Origin: Bacteroidota bacterium
GTDB lineage: Bacteria > Bacteroidota > Bacteroidia > UKL13-3
Direction: 5' to 3'
Length of the DNA stretch: 64,000 nt
Assembly (NCBI GenBank): GCA_947460345.1
Contig: CANHGM010000002.1
Location: 113,504-177,503 of the forward strand
A program made the position numbers and the translations under genes. The first letter of the stretch is position 1. The number at the start of each line of letters is the position of its first letter. The notes under the pieces are model-generated. The model saw only the letters and a list, made by a program, of their open reading frames with translations, made no database searches and was not told the origin of the DNA. Of the stretch, positions 1 to 10,270 are shown piece by piece.

Positions 1-137
1 AAGGTTTAGATACAGCTCCTGAGTCTGTAAACAACGACCCATATGGTGCAGGTTGGATGGTAAAAGTTAAAATGAATAACTTAGGCGAAGTAGATGGCTT
101 AATGTCAGCTGCTGACTATGCTTCTTCTGTAGCGTAA
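1..137 (+). CDS. gcvH: Glycine cleavage system H protein, C-terminal fragment (5' end lies outside the window)
   Basis: Reading from position 3 gives GLDTAPESVNNDPYGAGWMVKVKMNNLGEVDGLMSAADYASSVA*, which matches the conserved GcvH C-terminus (DPYGEGW..K motif). Stop codon at 135-137. Confidence 0.75.
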   Translation, partial: GLDTAPESVNNDPYGAGWMVKVKMNNLGEVDGLMSAADYASSVA

Positions 138-143
138 CCAACT

Positions 144-509
144 TTGTTCAAAACATTTATTCCCACAATACTGTGGGCTTTATTTGTATTAGTGTTGTGC
201 GGTTTCCCTGGAAACCAAATTCCAAATTTTGAATTTCTCAATCAAATATCATTTGATAAAATAATTCATATGGCCATTTTTGCAGTTCAATCATATTTGC
301 TTTTTCATGCCTTTACCTTTGAGTTTGCCAAAAGCAATTATGGGATGCTCATTTTAGATATAGCTTTATTTGGCTTATTGATAGAGTTTCTGCAGTCTTA
401 TGTTTTTGTTAATAGATATGGTGAATGGGTAGATGTGTTAGCAAACACATTAGGAGCCGCTTTGGGGGCTCTTTCTTTTTTTAAATTAAAACCAATAAAA
501 CTGAAGTAA
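144..509 (+). CDS. VanZ-like family membrane protein
   Basis: 121 aa with 4 predicted TM segments and a DKIIH motif typical of VanZ-like proteins. Immediately downstream of gcvH. Confidence 0.45.
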   Translation: MFKTFIPTILWALFVLVLCGFPGNQIPNFEFLNQISFDKIIHMAIFAVQSYLLFHAFTFEFAKSNYGMLILDIALFGLLIEFLQSYVFVNRYGEWVDVLANTLGAALGALSFFKLKPIKLK

Positions 510-512
510 ACC

Positions 513-905
513 ATGAAAAAGTTCATTGTTCAAATAGCAGGTCTTTCTATAGGTTTAATGCTTATAACCTTACTCATTCAAAAAAATACGGCATACGACC
601 TAAGCTTAACCCATTTCTCTATTATTTACTTTGCGGCACTCAACTTTTTTGTGTACTACATTAGTACTTTAGGAATCGGAAAAAGCAATAGCATGTTTAT
701 GAAAACTTTCTACACAGGATTTTATTTACAACTATTTTTAAGCATTGCGGGCATACTTATTTACCTCATTTTCAGTAAACAAAAGAGTAAGCCATTTATT
801 ATTTCCTATTTAATCTTATACATTTTCTATACAGCATTTGAAATTTACCATTTGCTTATTACCTTGCGGGCGGTTTCAAAAAATAACCAAAACATTGAAA
901 AGTAG
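513..905 (+). CDS. Small 4-TM membrane protein immediately upstream of atpB (possible AtpI/AtpZ-like accessory protein)
   Basis: 130-aa hydrophobic ORF in the position that ATP synthase protein I-like genes occupy in atp operons. No diagnostic motif recognised. Confidence 0.3.
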   Translation: MKKFIVQIAGLSIGLMLITLLIQKNTAYDLSLTHFSIIYFAALNFFVYYISTLGIGKSNSMFMKTFYTGFYLQLFLSIAGILIYLIFSKQKSKPFIISYLILYIFYTAFEIYHLLITLRAVSKNNQNIEK

Positions 906-915
906 CGTCAATACT

Positions 916-1989
916 ATGTTTGTTAATATTAAGAGTATAAAATTTTTATTCCTTGTAACGTTTTTTACGACGTTTTTTGCTTTTTCAGCATTCAGCCAAC
1001 ATGAAGAACATGCTGCTGCTACTGAGCATCATTCAGCTACTGAAAAATTCAAACCAGGTAAAATGATTCTTGAACATATCCGCGATGCTCACGATTGGCA
1101 TATTTGTGACATTGGTGGACATCCAGTTAGCGTTTCATTACCTATTATTATATATTCAGAAAAAGGCTTAGAAGTATTTTCATCAGCTAAATTTGAACAT
1201 GGTCATGCTTCTTATAATGGCTACAAATTAGTAGAAGGTGTAATTGAAGCTGAAGATGTAACGCATAAATTCTATGATTTATCTATTACTAAAAATGTAA
1301 TGGCCATGATGATTGGTTTTATATTACTCATTATCGTGATGTTATCTGTAGCTCGTTCATATAAAAATGGATTAGGAGCTCCTAAAGGTATTGGTGCTTT
1401 TGTAGAACCATTAATTGTGTTTTTACAAGATGAAGTAGTAAAGCCTTCTATTGGTAAACACTACGCCAGATACATGCCTTTATTGTTGACCATGTTTTTT
1501 GGTATATTCTTTTTAAACTTAATGGGATTAATTCCTATTATTCCGGGTGGAGCTAACGTTACCGGAAATATCGCTTTCACATTGGTACTAGCAGTAATCA
1601 CATTTATAGTGACTACCGTTACAGCTAAGAAAGACTATTGGAAACATATCTTAATGCCTGACGTTCCTGTATTGTTATACATCATTGTTATTCCAATCGA
1701 AATTATAGGTGTATTAAACAAACCCATCGTGTTAATGATACGTTTGTTTGCCAATATCACTGCAGGTCACATCATCATCTTAGGATTCTTTAGCTTAATA
1801 TTTATCTTTGGCGAAATGAGTTCAGGCTTAGGTTTAGGCGTATCAGTTTTCTCTGTGATATTCACCTTGTTTATGAGCTTTCTAGAATTATTGGTAGCTT
1901 TCTTACAAGCCTATGTATTTGTATTCTTATCATCATTGTTTTTTGGTCAAGCCATCGAAGAACACCACCACGCAGAAGCACATCACTAA
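916..1989 (+). CDS. atpB: F0F1 ATP synthase subunit a
   Basis: Start taken at ATG 916 (MFVNIKS...) rather than ORF start 838, to avoid overlap with the preceding gene. Has an N-terminal signal-like segment, multiple TM helices and the conserved C-terminal region (ITAGHIIILG...LQAYVF) of subunit a. Confidence 0.9.
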   Translation: MFVNIKSIKFLFLVTFFTTFFAFSAFSQHEEHAAATEHHSATEKFKPGKMILEHIRDAHDWHICDIGGHPVSVSLPIIIYSEKGLEVFSSAKFEHGHASYNGYKLVEGVIEAEDVTHKFYDLSITKNVMAMMIGFILLIIVMLSVARSYKNGLGAPKGIGAFVEPLIVFLQDEVVKPSIGKHYARYMPLLLTMFFGIFFLNLMGLIPIIPGGANVTGNIAFTLVLAVITFIVTTVTAKKDYWKHILMPDVPVLLYIIVIPIEIIGVLNKPIVLMIRLFANITAGHIIILGFFSLIFIFGEMSSGLGLGVSVFSVIFTLFMSFLELLVAFLQAYVFVFLSSLFFGQAIEEHHHAEAHH

Positions 1990-2028
1990 AAATCTTTTTA
2001 AATAAATTCAAATTAAAAATTCAACAAA

Positions 2029-2286
2029 ATGACTCTATTAGACATTATTCTTCAAGCTCCAGTTGAAACTGGATTCGCTAAATTAGGTGCTGGTATCGGT
2101 GCTGGTATAGCTGCCTTAGGTGCAGGTGTAGGTATCGGACGTATCGGAGGTTCAGCTCTTGAATCTATTGCACGTCAGCCAGAAGCTAGCGGCGACATTC
2201 GTACAAACATGATTCTTGCTGCAGCCCTTGTTGAAGGAGCTGTATTCTTTGGTATCGTGGTTTGTCTTTTGATTTTGTTCGTATAA
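2029..2286 (+). CDS. atpE: F0F1 ATP synthase subunit c
   Basis: 85-aa Gly/Ala-rich hairpin protein with GAGIGAGIAALGAGVGIGRIGGSALESIARQPEA, the classic c-subunit signature. Confidence 0.92.
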   Translation: MTLLDIILQAPVETGFAKLGAGIGAGIAALGAGVGIGRIGGSALESIARQPEASGDIRTNMILAAALVEGAVFFGIVVCLLILFV

Positions 2287-2326
2287 TTAGTCGACGGAAT
2301 ATCCGCACTATAAAATATTAAAGAAA

Positions 2327-2353
2327 CCTGCGACATGCTTTGTATGTCGCAGG
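2327..2353 (+). promoter_or_regulatory. Intra-operon RNA stem-loop between atpE and atpF (perfect 10-bp stem cctgcgacat/atgtcgcagg, 7-nt loop, no T-tract)
   Basis: The inverted repeat is read directly in the sequence. It lies in the 128-nt atpE-atpF spacer. Hairpins of this kind commonly stabilise the upstream c-subunit message segment or modulate read-through. Confidence 0.35.
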
Positions 2354-2414
2354 AATCTAAATATATTGTACCAATAAAATTAAATAAACACTAACTCTAA
2401 ACAACTCAAAAGAA

Positions 2415-2906
2415 ATGTTTTTAGTAAAACCCGAACTAGGCTTAATTATATGGTCATCAGTAACTTTTTTGTTGCTGTTGTTCATATTATCTAAGTTTGC
2501 CTGGAAACCAATTTTAGCCGCGTTAAAAGAACGTGAGCAAAAAATATCTGATTCATTAGAATTAGCCGAAAAAACAAAACTCGAAATGCAAGCTGTTCAA
2601 GCTGGCAACGAAAGATTGTTAAATGAAGCTCGTTTAGAACGTGATAAGATTTTGAAAGAAGCAAAAGAAATGAAAGAAAGTATTCTTAATCAAGCAAAAA
2701 AATCTGCTGAGGATGAAACTAGAAAATCTATTGCACTAGCAAAAGAAGCTATAGACAAAGAAAAGTTTGCTGCAATGTCAGAAATGAAATCTGCTGCTGC
2801 AACTTTAAGTGTTGAAATAGCTGAAAAAATATTGCGTAAAAAACTGGAAAATTCAGCTGAACAAGATAGCCTTATCAATGAATATCTTAAACAAATGAAT
2901 GCTTAA
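2415..2906 (+). CDS. atpF: F0F1 ATP synthase subunit b
   Basis: 163 aa with one N-terminal TM helix followed by a long charged helical region (KE-rich), as expected for subunit b. Correct position in the operon. Confidence 0.85.
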   Translation: MFLVKPELGLIIWSSVTFLLLLFILSKFAWKPILAALKEREQKISDSLELAEKTKLEMQAVQAGNERLLNEARLERDKILKEAKEMKESILNQAKKSAEDETRKSIALAKEAIDKEKFAAMSEMKSAAATLSVEIAEKILRKKLENSAEQDSLINEYLKQMNA

Positions 2907-2912
2907 CAAGCT

Positions 2913-3467
2913 ATGAGAGAAACTAAAGTATCATCACGTTATGCCCGTTCATTAGTTGATATGGCTTTAGCCAAAAATCAAGTTCCTCAAATCAAAACAG
3001 ATATGGACTTGGTTTTGAAAACTATCGATGACAGTCGTGAACTTGAAAATTTGTTAGCGAGTCCAATTATTAGTAGTGCAATTAAATCTACTATTATAAA
3101 ACAGGTATTTGAAGGCAAAGTAAGCAAAGACGTTTTCGATTTTATGAATCTTGTGATTAGTAAAAAAAGAGAAGGCTTGCTATTAAGCATTGCTTATGCT
3201 TTTGTTGACCAATACAATGTGATATATGATATAGTAAATGCTTCTTGTATCACAGCCCAACCAATTAATGACGATACCAAAAATATCATCAAAAAAGATC
3301 TTGAGAATAAACTCAACAAAAAAATAAACATTCAATTCAAGGTAAGTGAAGATATCATAGGCGGAATCATCATACAGTTTTCAGATAAATTGTACGATGC
3401 TTCAATAGCCCATCAATTAAAACTTATCAAAAAAGAACTTATCAATTCATACATTTCAAATAATTAA
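2913..3467 (+). CDS. atpH: F0F1 ATP synthase subunit delta
   Basis: 184 aa beginning YARSLVDMAL, the typical OSCP/delta N-terminus. Operon position between b and alpha. Confidence 0.8.
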   Translation: MRETKVSSRYARSLVDMALAKNQVPQIKTDMDLVLKTIDDSRELENLLASPIISSAIKSTIIKQVFEGKVSKDVFDFMNLVISKKREGLLLSIAYAFVDQYNVIYDIVNASCITAQPINDDTKNIIKKDLENKLNKKINIQFKVSEDIIGGIIIQFSDKLYDASIAHQLKLIKKELINSYISNN

Positions 3468-3473
3468 TTAATC

Positions 3474-5054
3474 ATGGTTAGTATCAGACCGGATGAGGTA
3501 TCAGCAATAATTCGCGAACAGCTTACAGGCTTTAAAAGCGAAGCACAACTAGAAGAAGTAGGAACAGTACTTCAAGTTGGAGACGGTATAGCACGTATTT
3601 ACGGACTCACCAAAGTTCAATCAGGTGAGTTAATTGAGTTTAGTAACGGACTAAGAGGTATCGTACTAAATCTTGAAGAAAACAACGTAGGTGCTGTGTT
3701 ATTAGGTTCTTCAGACAACGTAAAAGAAGGAGATAACGTTAAACGTACTGGAAAAATTGCCTCTATTAACGTAGGTGAAGGTATGTTAGGACGTGTAGTG
3801 AACACCCTAGGTGCTCCTATAGATGGTAAAGGACCAATTCCTGGTGAATTGTTTGAAATGCCAATTGAGCGAAAAGCTCCTGGCGTACTTTTTAGAGAGC
3901 CAGTTAAAGAACCACTTCAAACTGGTATCAAAGCTATTGATGCAATGATTCCTATTGGCCGTGGTCAAAGAGAATTAGTTATTGGTGACCGTCAAACTGG
4001 TAAATCTGCCGTTTGTATAGATACCATTATCAACCAAAAAGAATTTTTCGATGCTGGTAAACCTGTATATTGTATTTATGTGGCTATCGGTCAAAAAGCA
4101 TCTACTGTAGCTCAAGTGGTGAAAACCCTTGAAGAAAACGGTGCAATGCAATATACTGTGGTAGTAGCGGCAACCGCTGCTGACCCAGCTCCAATGCAAT
4201 TCTACGCTCCTATGGCTGGTGCTGCAATTGGTGAGTATTTCCGCGACCTTGGTAAACCTGCTTTGATTGTTTATGACGATTTGTCTAAACAAGCGGTAGC
4301 TTATCGTGAGGTGTCTTTGCTTTTGAAAAGACCTCCAGGCCGTGAGGCTTATCCAGGTGACGTGTTCTACTTACATAGCCGTTTGCTTGAGCGTTCTTGC
4401 AAATTGAATGCAAATGACGAAATCACTTCTAAAATGAACGACTTACCTGATTCTTTAAAAGGTAAAGTTAAAGGTGGTGGATCATTAACAGCTCTTCCAA
4501 TTATCGAAACTCAAGCTGGCGACGTATCTGCTTATATCCCAACCAACGTAATCTCAATTACCGATGGTCAAATATTCTTGGAGTCTAACTTATTCAACTC
4601 TGGTGTTCGTCCCGCTATCAACGTGGGTATCTCAGTAAGTCGTGTGGGTGGTAATGCTCAAATCAAGTCTATGAAAAAAGTAGCTGGTACCTTAAAACTT
4701 GACCAAGCTCAATACCGTGAACTTGAAGCATTTGCTAAATTTGGTTCTGACTTGGACGCAGCTACAAAATCAGTGTTAACTAAAGGTGCTCGTAACGTAG
4801 AAATTCTTAAACAAGCTCAATTTAGCCCACTCACAGTAGAGAAGCAAACAGCAATCATATACTTAGGTACTAAAGGTTTGTTAAACGAAGCATCTATTAA
4901 TAAAGTAAGAGACTTTGAATCTTCTTTCTTACAAGTATTAGAAACCAAACATGCCGACACTTTAGCTGCTATTAAAAAAGGAGTTATTGATGATAGCGTA
5001 ACTTCAGTTTTAGAATCAGTAGCAAAAGATTTGATTTCTAGTTATAAAGACTAA
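3474..5054 (+). CDS. atpA: F0F1 ATP synthase subunit alpha
   Basis: 526 aa with P-loop GDRQTGKS plus the highly conserved alpha-subunit blocks [18 protein letters not shown] and [29 protein letters not shown]. Confidence 0.97.
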   Translation: MVSIRPDEVSAIIREQLTGFKSEAQLEEVGTVLQVGDGIARIYGLTKVQSGELIEFSNGLRGIVLNLEENNVGAVLLGSSDNVKEGDNVKRTGKIASINVGEGMLGRVVNTLGAPIDGKGPIPGELFEMPIERKAPGVLFREPVKEPLQTGIKAIDAMIPIGRGQRELVIGDRQTGKSAVCIDTIINQKEFFDAGKPVYCIYVAIGQKASTVAQVVKTLEENGAMQYTVVVAATAADPAPMQFYAPMAGAAIGEYFRDLGKPALIVYDDLSKQAVAYREVSLLLKRPPGREAYPGDVFYLHSRLLERSCKLNANDEITSKMNDLPDSLKGKVKGGGSLTALPIIETQAGDVSAYIPTNVISITDGQIFLESNLFNSGVRPAINVGISVSRVGGNAQIKSMKKVAGTLKLDQAQYRELEAFAKFGSDLDAATKSVLTKGARNVEILKQAQFSPLTVEKQTAIIYLGTKGLLNEASINKVRDFESSFLQVLETKHADTLAAIKKGVIDDSVTSVLESVAKDLISSYKD

Positions 5055-5071
5055 TATAGTAAAGTTTATCA

Positions 5072-5956
5072 ATGGCTAATTTAAAGGAAGTAAGGATAAG
5101 AATTAAATCTGTTTCATCAACCCAACAGATTACAAAGGCAATGAAGCTTGTGAGTGCTACCAAGCTTAGAAAAGCTCAAGGTGCCATAGTGCAAATGAGG
5201 CCTTATGCCAATAAACTTAAAAGTATTATGCAAAATCTCAGTGATAGTATTGACTCTCCTGAATTAGCTGTATACTTTAACGAAAGAGATGTAAAGAATG
5301 TGTTGATGATTGTAGTAACAAGTGACAGAGGTCTTTGTGGTGCGTTTAATGCCAATGTATGCAAACTTGGTAAACTAACCATCCAAGAGCAATATTCTTC
5401 TTGCTATGAAAATGGAAATATAACTGTACTGCCAATTGGTAAAAAAGGTTTTGAATTTTTTAATAAAGATAAAAATTTAAAATTAGATACTTCTTATAGA
5501 GAATTATTCCAAAATCTGACTTCAGAAAATGTTTTTGAAGCTGGAGATAAAATAATGGAAATGTATAGAGAAGGTAAGTATGATAAAGTGGTTATAGTGT
5601 ATAATCAGTTTAAAAATGCTGCAACTCAAATATTAACAAACGAGCAATTGTTACCTGTTACTAAACCAACTGAAACTGGAGTTGTTACAACTAAAAATGA
5701 ATATATATTTGAACCTTCAAAAACAGATTTACTTAGCGATTTAATACCTCGTTCTTTAAAAACACAACTATATAAAGCATGTATTGATTCTTTTGCTTCT
5801 GAACATGGTGCTAGAATGGTAGCAATGGAAAAAGCAACAGAAAATGCTGGTGAATTGCTTAAGACATTACGTTTACAATATAACCAAGCTCGTCAAGCTG
5901 CTATTACTACTGAATTAAGTGAGATAGTAGGAGGTGCTGCAGCTATGGGTAATTAA
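5072..5956 (+). CDS. atpG: F0F1 ATP synthase subunit gamma
   Basis: 294 aa starting MANLKEVRIRIKSVSSTQQITKAMKLVSATKLRKAQ, ending with a helical C-terminus (ITTELSEIVGGAAA). Classic gamma subunit. Confidence 0.92.
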   Translation: MANLKEVRIRIKSVSSTQQITKAMKLVSATKLRKAQGAIVQMRPYANKLKSIMQNLSDSIDSPELAVYFNERDVKNVLMIVVTSDRGLCGAFNANVCKLGKLTIQEQYSSCYENGNITVLPIGKKGFEFFNKDKNLKLDTSYRELFQNLTSENVFEAGDKIMEMYREGKYDKVVIVYNQFKNAATQILTNEQLLPVTKPTETGVVTTKNEYIFEPSKTDLLSDLIPRSLKTQLYKACIDSFASEHGARMVAMEKATENAGELLKTLRLQYNQARQAAITTELSEIVGGAAAMGN

Positions 5957-5974
5957 TTTGTATCAAGATTTTTT

Positions 5975-6010
5975 AAAACCTCAGATATATATCTGAGGTT
6001 TTAATTTTTA
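5975..6010 (+). terminator. Rho-independent terminator after atpG
   Basis: Perfect hairpin aaaacctcagatat/atatctgaggtttt, followed by a T-rich tract. Confidence 0.6.
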
Positions 6011-6061
6011 TTTAATATTAAATTCTAATACTTCTTCTTTTACTTTTACTTTGCATTTCTT

Positions 6062-8527
6062 TTGAATTATAAATTATCACAAATAGCAAGCATTGTTGGA
6101 GGCGAACTAATTGGTAAAGACTATAGCATTGCTCAAGTTTTTACTGATAGCAGAACTATTTCTAATATAAACCCTGAAACAGCTCTTTTTGTTGCATTAA
6201 ATAGTCAAAGGCAAAATGGTGAAAGATATATTACAGACTTATATCAATTAGGTTTTAGATATTTCTTATCAGAAAATGTATCTGAAGCGTATACTAATAT
6301 GTCTTATATTATTGTTCAGAATAGTCTTGATGCAATTCAGAAATTAGCAACATACCACCGCAAACTATTTAGAATGCCTTTGATTGCCATTACTGGCTCA
6401 AATGGAAAAACTGTAGTAAAAGAATGGTTGTTTCAACTACTCCATTCTAGTTTTAATATAGTAAGAAGCCCAGGCAGCTACAATTCTCAACTTGGTGTAC
6501 CACTTTCGCTTTTGCAAATGGAATCATCTCATTCTCTTGCTATTATTGAAGCTGGCATTTCTAAACCAAATGAAATGCAGAAATTACAACATATTATAAA
6601 TCCTGATATGGTAATTCTTACTCATATAGGGTCTGCACATGACGAAGGCTTTGAGAATAAAGAACAAAAAATTAGAGAAAAACTTAAGCTTGCTGAAAAT
6701 GCAGATTGCTTGGTGTATAACAAAGATGACGAACAAGTAAATAAATTAGTAAGTGAGTTTCTAGCTCATCACTTTATTAAATCATATAGTTGGAGCCTTA
6801 ATTCTGATGCTACAGTAAGTGTATACAAAATAGTAAAAAACATTGACCAAACGGAAATTCATTTTTTATACAAGTCAACCTCGTTAAATTTTTGTATCCC
6901 TTTTACTGATGATGCGTCTATTGAGAATGCTCTCTCTTGTGTTTGCTCCCTTATAGCTATTGAGAGATTAGATTTGGATATTCTATTAGCATTTAGTAAG
7001 CTTGTTTCTGTTTCAGGAAGACTTGAACAAAAGAAAGGAATTAATAATAGTTTGCTAATCAATGATAGTTACAGTAATGATTTTCATTCTCTTCAAACAG
7101 GATTGAATTTTATGGATAGACAAAATCCATTACTAGCAAAAACTGTGATATTGAGCGATATGTTAGAAAGTGGTATTAGTAAAAAAGATTTATATCAAAA
7201 GATTAGTGAGCTTTTAAACAAACATAAAATAAATAAACTTATAGCTATTGGTGCTGAAATATCAGAATGTAAAAACTATTTTAAAAGCATTCCTCATTCT
7301 ATATTTTATAATTCAATTGAAGAATATTTGAATAATTTTAATAGTAGAATATTTGGTAATGAAATAATTTTACTAAAAGGAGCAAGGATGTTTCATTTTG
7401 AAAGGATACTATTATTATTAGAAAAGCAAGTTCATCAAACTGTTTTGGAAATTAATTTAGATGCAATAGTTCATAACTTAAATATTTATAAAAATCAACT
7501 GTCAAAACACACTAAATTGATGGTAATGGTAAAAGCATTTAGTTATGGTAGCGGCAGTTTTGAATTAGCTAAGTTATTACAATACCAAAGAGTAGATTAC
7601 CTAGCTGTAGCATATGAGGATGAAGGTATGACACTTAGGAATGCAGGAATTACACTTCCTATAATGGTTATGAATGCTTCTGCTAAGGCTTATAAGCTCA
7701 TGCTAGACTATGATATTGAACCTTCTATATATTCAATTGAGATGCTCAGAAGTTTGGCAAGCTTTATACAAAACTCAACTAAGGAAATTGGAGTACATTT
7801 AGAATTTGAAACGGGAATGAACAGACTTGGTATTTCAATAGATGATATTGATGAAGTCATCACAATTTTAAATTTACATCCTCAAATAGAAATAAAATCT
7901 ATATTTACACATATGGCCTCGGCAGATGATTCTTCTGATGATGAGTATACACAAAAGCAGCTTTTGTTGTTTAAAGAAGCCCATTCAAAAGTTTGCCTTT
8001 CGTTAAAGAAAAATATATTATCTCATGCTGCAAATTCTGCTGGAATTTCTAGGTTTAATGGTTATAATTTAGGAATGGCTAGACTTGGAATTGGCTTGCA
8101 TGGAATAGACCCTTCAACAGAAATTCAAAAACAATTGAAGCCAGTTTCGAAACTAAAGTCTATTATAACCCAAGTACGGTTGGTTAAAAAAGGTGAGACC
8201 ATTGGATATAATAGAAAAACCAAGGCTGAACATGATTTCAACATGGCTGTAGTTGCAATAGGCTATGCTGATGGTTTGAATAGAATGCTTAGCAACAGAA
8301 AGGGCAAACTATATGTTAATGGAGTATCTTGTGAGATTGTAGGGAATGTATGTATGGATATGTGTATGATAGATTTAGGAAATCTAATAGTATATGAAGG
8401 ACAAGAAGTTATTGTATTTGAGGACATCTGTCAATTGAATGCTTTGGCCAAATCTTGTCAGACTATTGTATATGAAGTACTAACCGGAATATCAGAAAGA
8501 ATTACAAGGGTTTATTTACAAGAATAA
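6062..8527 (+). CDS. murF: Bifunctional UDP-N-acetylmuramoyl-tripeptide--D-alanyl-D-alanine ligase (MurF) / alanine racemase (Alr) fusion
   Basis: N-terminal half has the Mur ligase features (ATP-binding ITGSNGKT, catalytic and C-terminal Mur domains). C-terminal half has alanine racemase features: PLP-lysine motif VMVKAFSYGSG (compare AVVKANAYGHG) and the C-terminal beta domain (NVCMDMCMIDLG). Single 821-aa ORF. Confidence 0.8.
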   Translation: MNYKLSQIASIVGGELIGKDYSIAQVFTDSRTISNINPETALFVALNSQRQNGERYITDLYQLGFRYFLSENVSEAYTNMSYIIVQNSLDAIQKLATYHRKLFRMPLIAITGSNGKTVVKEWLFQLLHSSFNIVRSPGSYNSQLGVPLSLLQMESSHSLAIIEAGISKPNEMQKLQHIINPDMVILTHIGSAHDEGFENKEQKIREKLKLAENADCLVYNKDDEQVNKLVSEFLAHHFIKSYSWSLNSDATVSVYKIVKNIDQTEIHFLYKSTSLNFCIPFTDDASIENALSCVCSLIAIERLDLDILLAFSKLVSVSGRLEQKKGINNSLLINDSYSNDFHSLQTGLNFMDRQNPLLAKTVILSDMLESGISKKDLYQKISELLNKHKINKLIAIGAEISECKNYFKSIPHSIFYNSIEEYLNNFNSRIFGNEIILLKGARMFHFERILLLLEKQVHQTVLEINLDAIVHNLNIYKNQLSKHTKLMVMVKAFSYGSGSFELAKLLQYQRVDYLAVAYEDEGMTLRNAGITLPIMVMNASAKAYKLMLDYDIEPSIYSIEMLRSLASFIQNSTKEIGVHLEFETGMNRLGISIDDIDEVITILNLHPQIEIKSIFTHMASADDSSDDEYTQKQLLLFKEAHSKVCLSLKKNILSHAANSAGISRFNGYNLGMARLGIGLHGIDPSTEIQKQLKPVSKLKSIITQVRLVKKGETIGYNRKTKAEHDFNMAVVAIGYADGLNRMLSNRKGKLYVNGVSCEIVGNVCMDMCMIDLGNLIVYEGQEVIVFEDICQLNALAKSCQTIVYEVLTGISERITRVYLQE

Positions 8528-8530
8528 GAA

Positions 8531-9229
8531 ATGATAAAAGGCATTTTGTATTTAGTTCCTACACCCATTGGTATTAATAGTTTGATTTCTAGTCAAACCA
8601 AGGAATTGGTATGTAAGACTCGACATTTTATTGTTGAAACAGAAAAAGATGCTAGAAGGTTTTTGAAGCTTTGTGGTTATGATTTAAAGAATCATTATCC
8701 AGAATTTTATTTATTAAATGAACACAATGCTCATATGAGCATTGAAGAATACCTAAGCCCAATAAATCAAGGTTTCAATATGGTTATCATGAGTGATGCT
8801 GGAATTCCTTGTGTGGCAGATCCCGGTTATCAAGTTGTGAAATTGTGCCATCAAAAAGGAGTAGAGGTGATTCCTGTTTCAGGTTCATCATCAATTTTTC
8901 TTGCATTAATGTCTTCAGGATTTAATGGTCAAAACTTTTCTTTTCATGGATATTTACCTATGGACAAACAAGCACGTGCAGCTAAGTTAAAAAATATAGA
9001 ATTTGATATTTTTAAAAATAATACATCACATCTGTTTATAGAGACGCCATATCGTAACAATCAATTACTAGCTGACTTGTTACTGAACCTGCCTTCAGAT
9101 AGGCTTTTGTGTATTGCAATTGATATTGAAGGAGAGCACCAAATGATTAAAACTTTATCCATAAAAACTTGGAAAACTATGTCTGTAGTATTAGATAAAA
9201 GTCCAGCAGTTTTTGTTCTGGGGAAATAA
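8531..9229 (+). CDS. SAM-dependent methyltransferase, tetrapyrrole-methylase (RsmI-like) fold
   Basis: 232 aa with an N-terminal GILYLVPTPIG motif characteristic of the tetrapyrrole methylase superfamily. The 4-nt gap from murF-alr suggests co-transcription. Confidence 0.55.
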   Translation: MIKGILYLVPTPIGINSLISSQTKELVCKTRHFIVETEKDARRFLKLCGYDLKNHYPEFYLLNEHNAHMSIEEYLSPINQGFNMVIMSDAGIPCVADPGYQVVKLCHQKGVEVIPVSGSSSIFLALMSSGFNGQNFSFHGYLPMDKQARAAKLKNIEFDIFKNNTSHLFIETPYRNNQLLADLLLNLPSDRLLCIAIDIEGEHQMIKTLSIKTWKTMSVVLDKSPAVFVLGK

Positions 9230-9279
9230 TAAATTCTAACCAAATAGTTGATCCGGATTTATTATTTTAAAGTTTATTA

Positions 9280-9996
9280 TTATTTGATACCATCAGTTTC
9301 GCTTTTAATGTTTTTGCCATTTGATGAGGCTGATAATACTTTCCATTCTTCTCTATAGCCTACTTCAAATTCTTTTAAAAAGTTGATGTTTAATGTACGA
9401 ATTGAAACTCTTTGAGCTATTTCTCCAGCATTGTTTGTTTTAAAATCTTTTATTGCATATGATCTTCCAATTTGACGAATGATCTCTTTTTCACTTAAAC
9501 TAGATGTTTTTTGTTGTAATTTAACTTGGTCTACTATGTTGCAAGCTGAAATAAATGAACGGAATTGAGTTAACATTTCGAAAGTATCAACCTCTAACTT
9601 ACACTGAAACATAATACTTTTGTCTGGGCTATAAAGATAGAGTGCTGGCATAATTAATACACCATGCTTAGCAGCCATTTGTTTACCATATTTAGTTGAA
9701 ACGTCACCATTCATACAAATGTATCTATTCCTTATCGTACCTTTTACTTTAACATGATTCATGATTTCTCTCGAGAATTTCTTACTTGATAAGCAAGTTT
9801 GAGAATGGATATATATTAAAACAGGTTTGTTTTCAGTTTGTGCAATTTCAAAAACTTTTTCTTGAGATTCTTTCATCATATATTCTAACTTACCCTGAAC
9901 AAGTTGTTGTTGTGCACTTGATTCATAGGTATTAGTAACTATAATAGCCAAGCTAAATAAAATAGCTAATAGAATTTGATTGATAAAATTTTTCAT
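9280..9996 (-). CDS. Secreted hypothetical protein with thioredoxin-like central region
   Basis: 238 aa with a signal peptide ([29 protein letters not shown]). Its 3' end is duplicated in degraded form at 10139..10265. Confidence 0.5.
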   Translation of the reverse strand: MKNFINQILLAILFSLAIIVTNTYESSAQQQLVQGKLEYMMKESQEKVFEIAQTENKPVLIYIHSQTCLSSKKFSREIMNHVKVKGTIRNRYICMNGDVSTKYGKQMAAKHGVLIMPALYLYSPDKSIMFQCKLEVDTFEMLTQFRSFISACNIVDQVKLQQKTSSLSEKEIIRQIGRSYAIKDFKTNNAGEIAQRVSIRTLNINFLKEFEVGYREEWKVLSASSNGKNIKSETDGIK

Positions 9997-10138
9997 TGTG
10001 GTATTTTTTTAGAATTGTTTCATATATCCTTATGATAGTGTAAAATGCTTATAAGAACATAAATGAAACAATGTACAAATATACGATTATCTTATTAATT
10101 TAAAAATCCAAGATATTAAGCCTAGATTTTTTTATTTT

Positions 10139-10270
10139 TTATTCTTTAATCTTATTTAATACTAGCAGCTTCGCTTGTATTGTGTTTGCCATTTGAAGCA
10201 ACCAATACGTCCATTTTTCTCTATAACCTACATCAAATTCTTTGAAAAAGTTAATATTTTTTAAATTTGT
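10139..10270 (-). pseudogene. Degraded 3' fragment of a paralog of the 9280..9996 gene (insertion scar)
   Basis: About 120 nt with roughly 75-80% identity to 9280..9420. Encodes KNINFFKEFDVGYREKWT versus LNINFLKEFEVGYREEWK in the intact gene, then a frameshift. The 5' part of the paralog is absent and the JetC-like gene begins 94 nt further on. Confidence 0.45.
10241..10269 (+). promoter_or_regulatory. Candidate Bacteroidota sigma-A type promoter (TTTG -33 element, 17-nt spacer, TAAATTTG -7 element) for the 4-gene operon
   Basis: TTTG at 10241-10244 and TAAATTTG at 10262-10269 match the Bacteroidetes consensus TTTG-N17-23-TAnnTTTG. Located about 95 nt upstream of the ATG at 10364. Confidence 0.25.

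Noticed and set aside
838-915. N-terminal extension of atpB from the ORF-track start at 838
   Set aside because: It would overlap the upstream membrane-protein gene by 68 nt. The ATG at 916 precedes a proper signal/TM segment and gives an appropriately sized subunit a.
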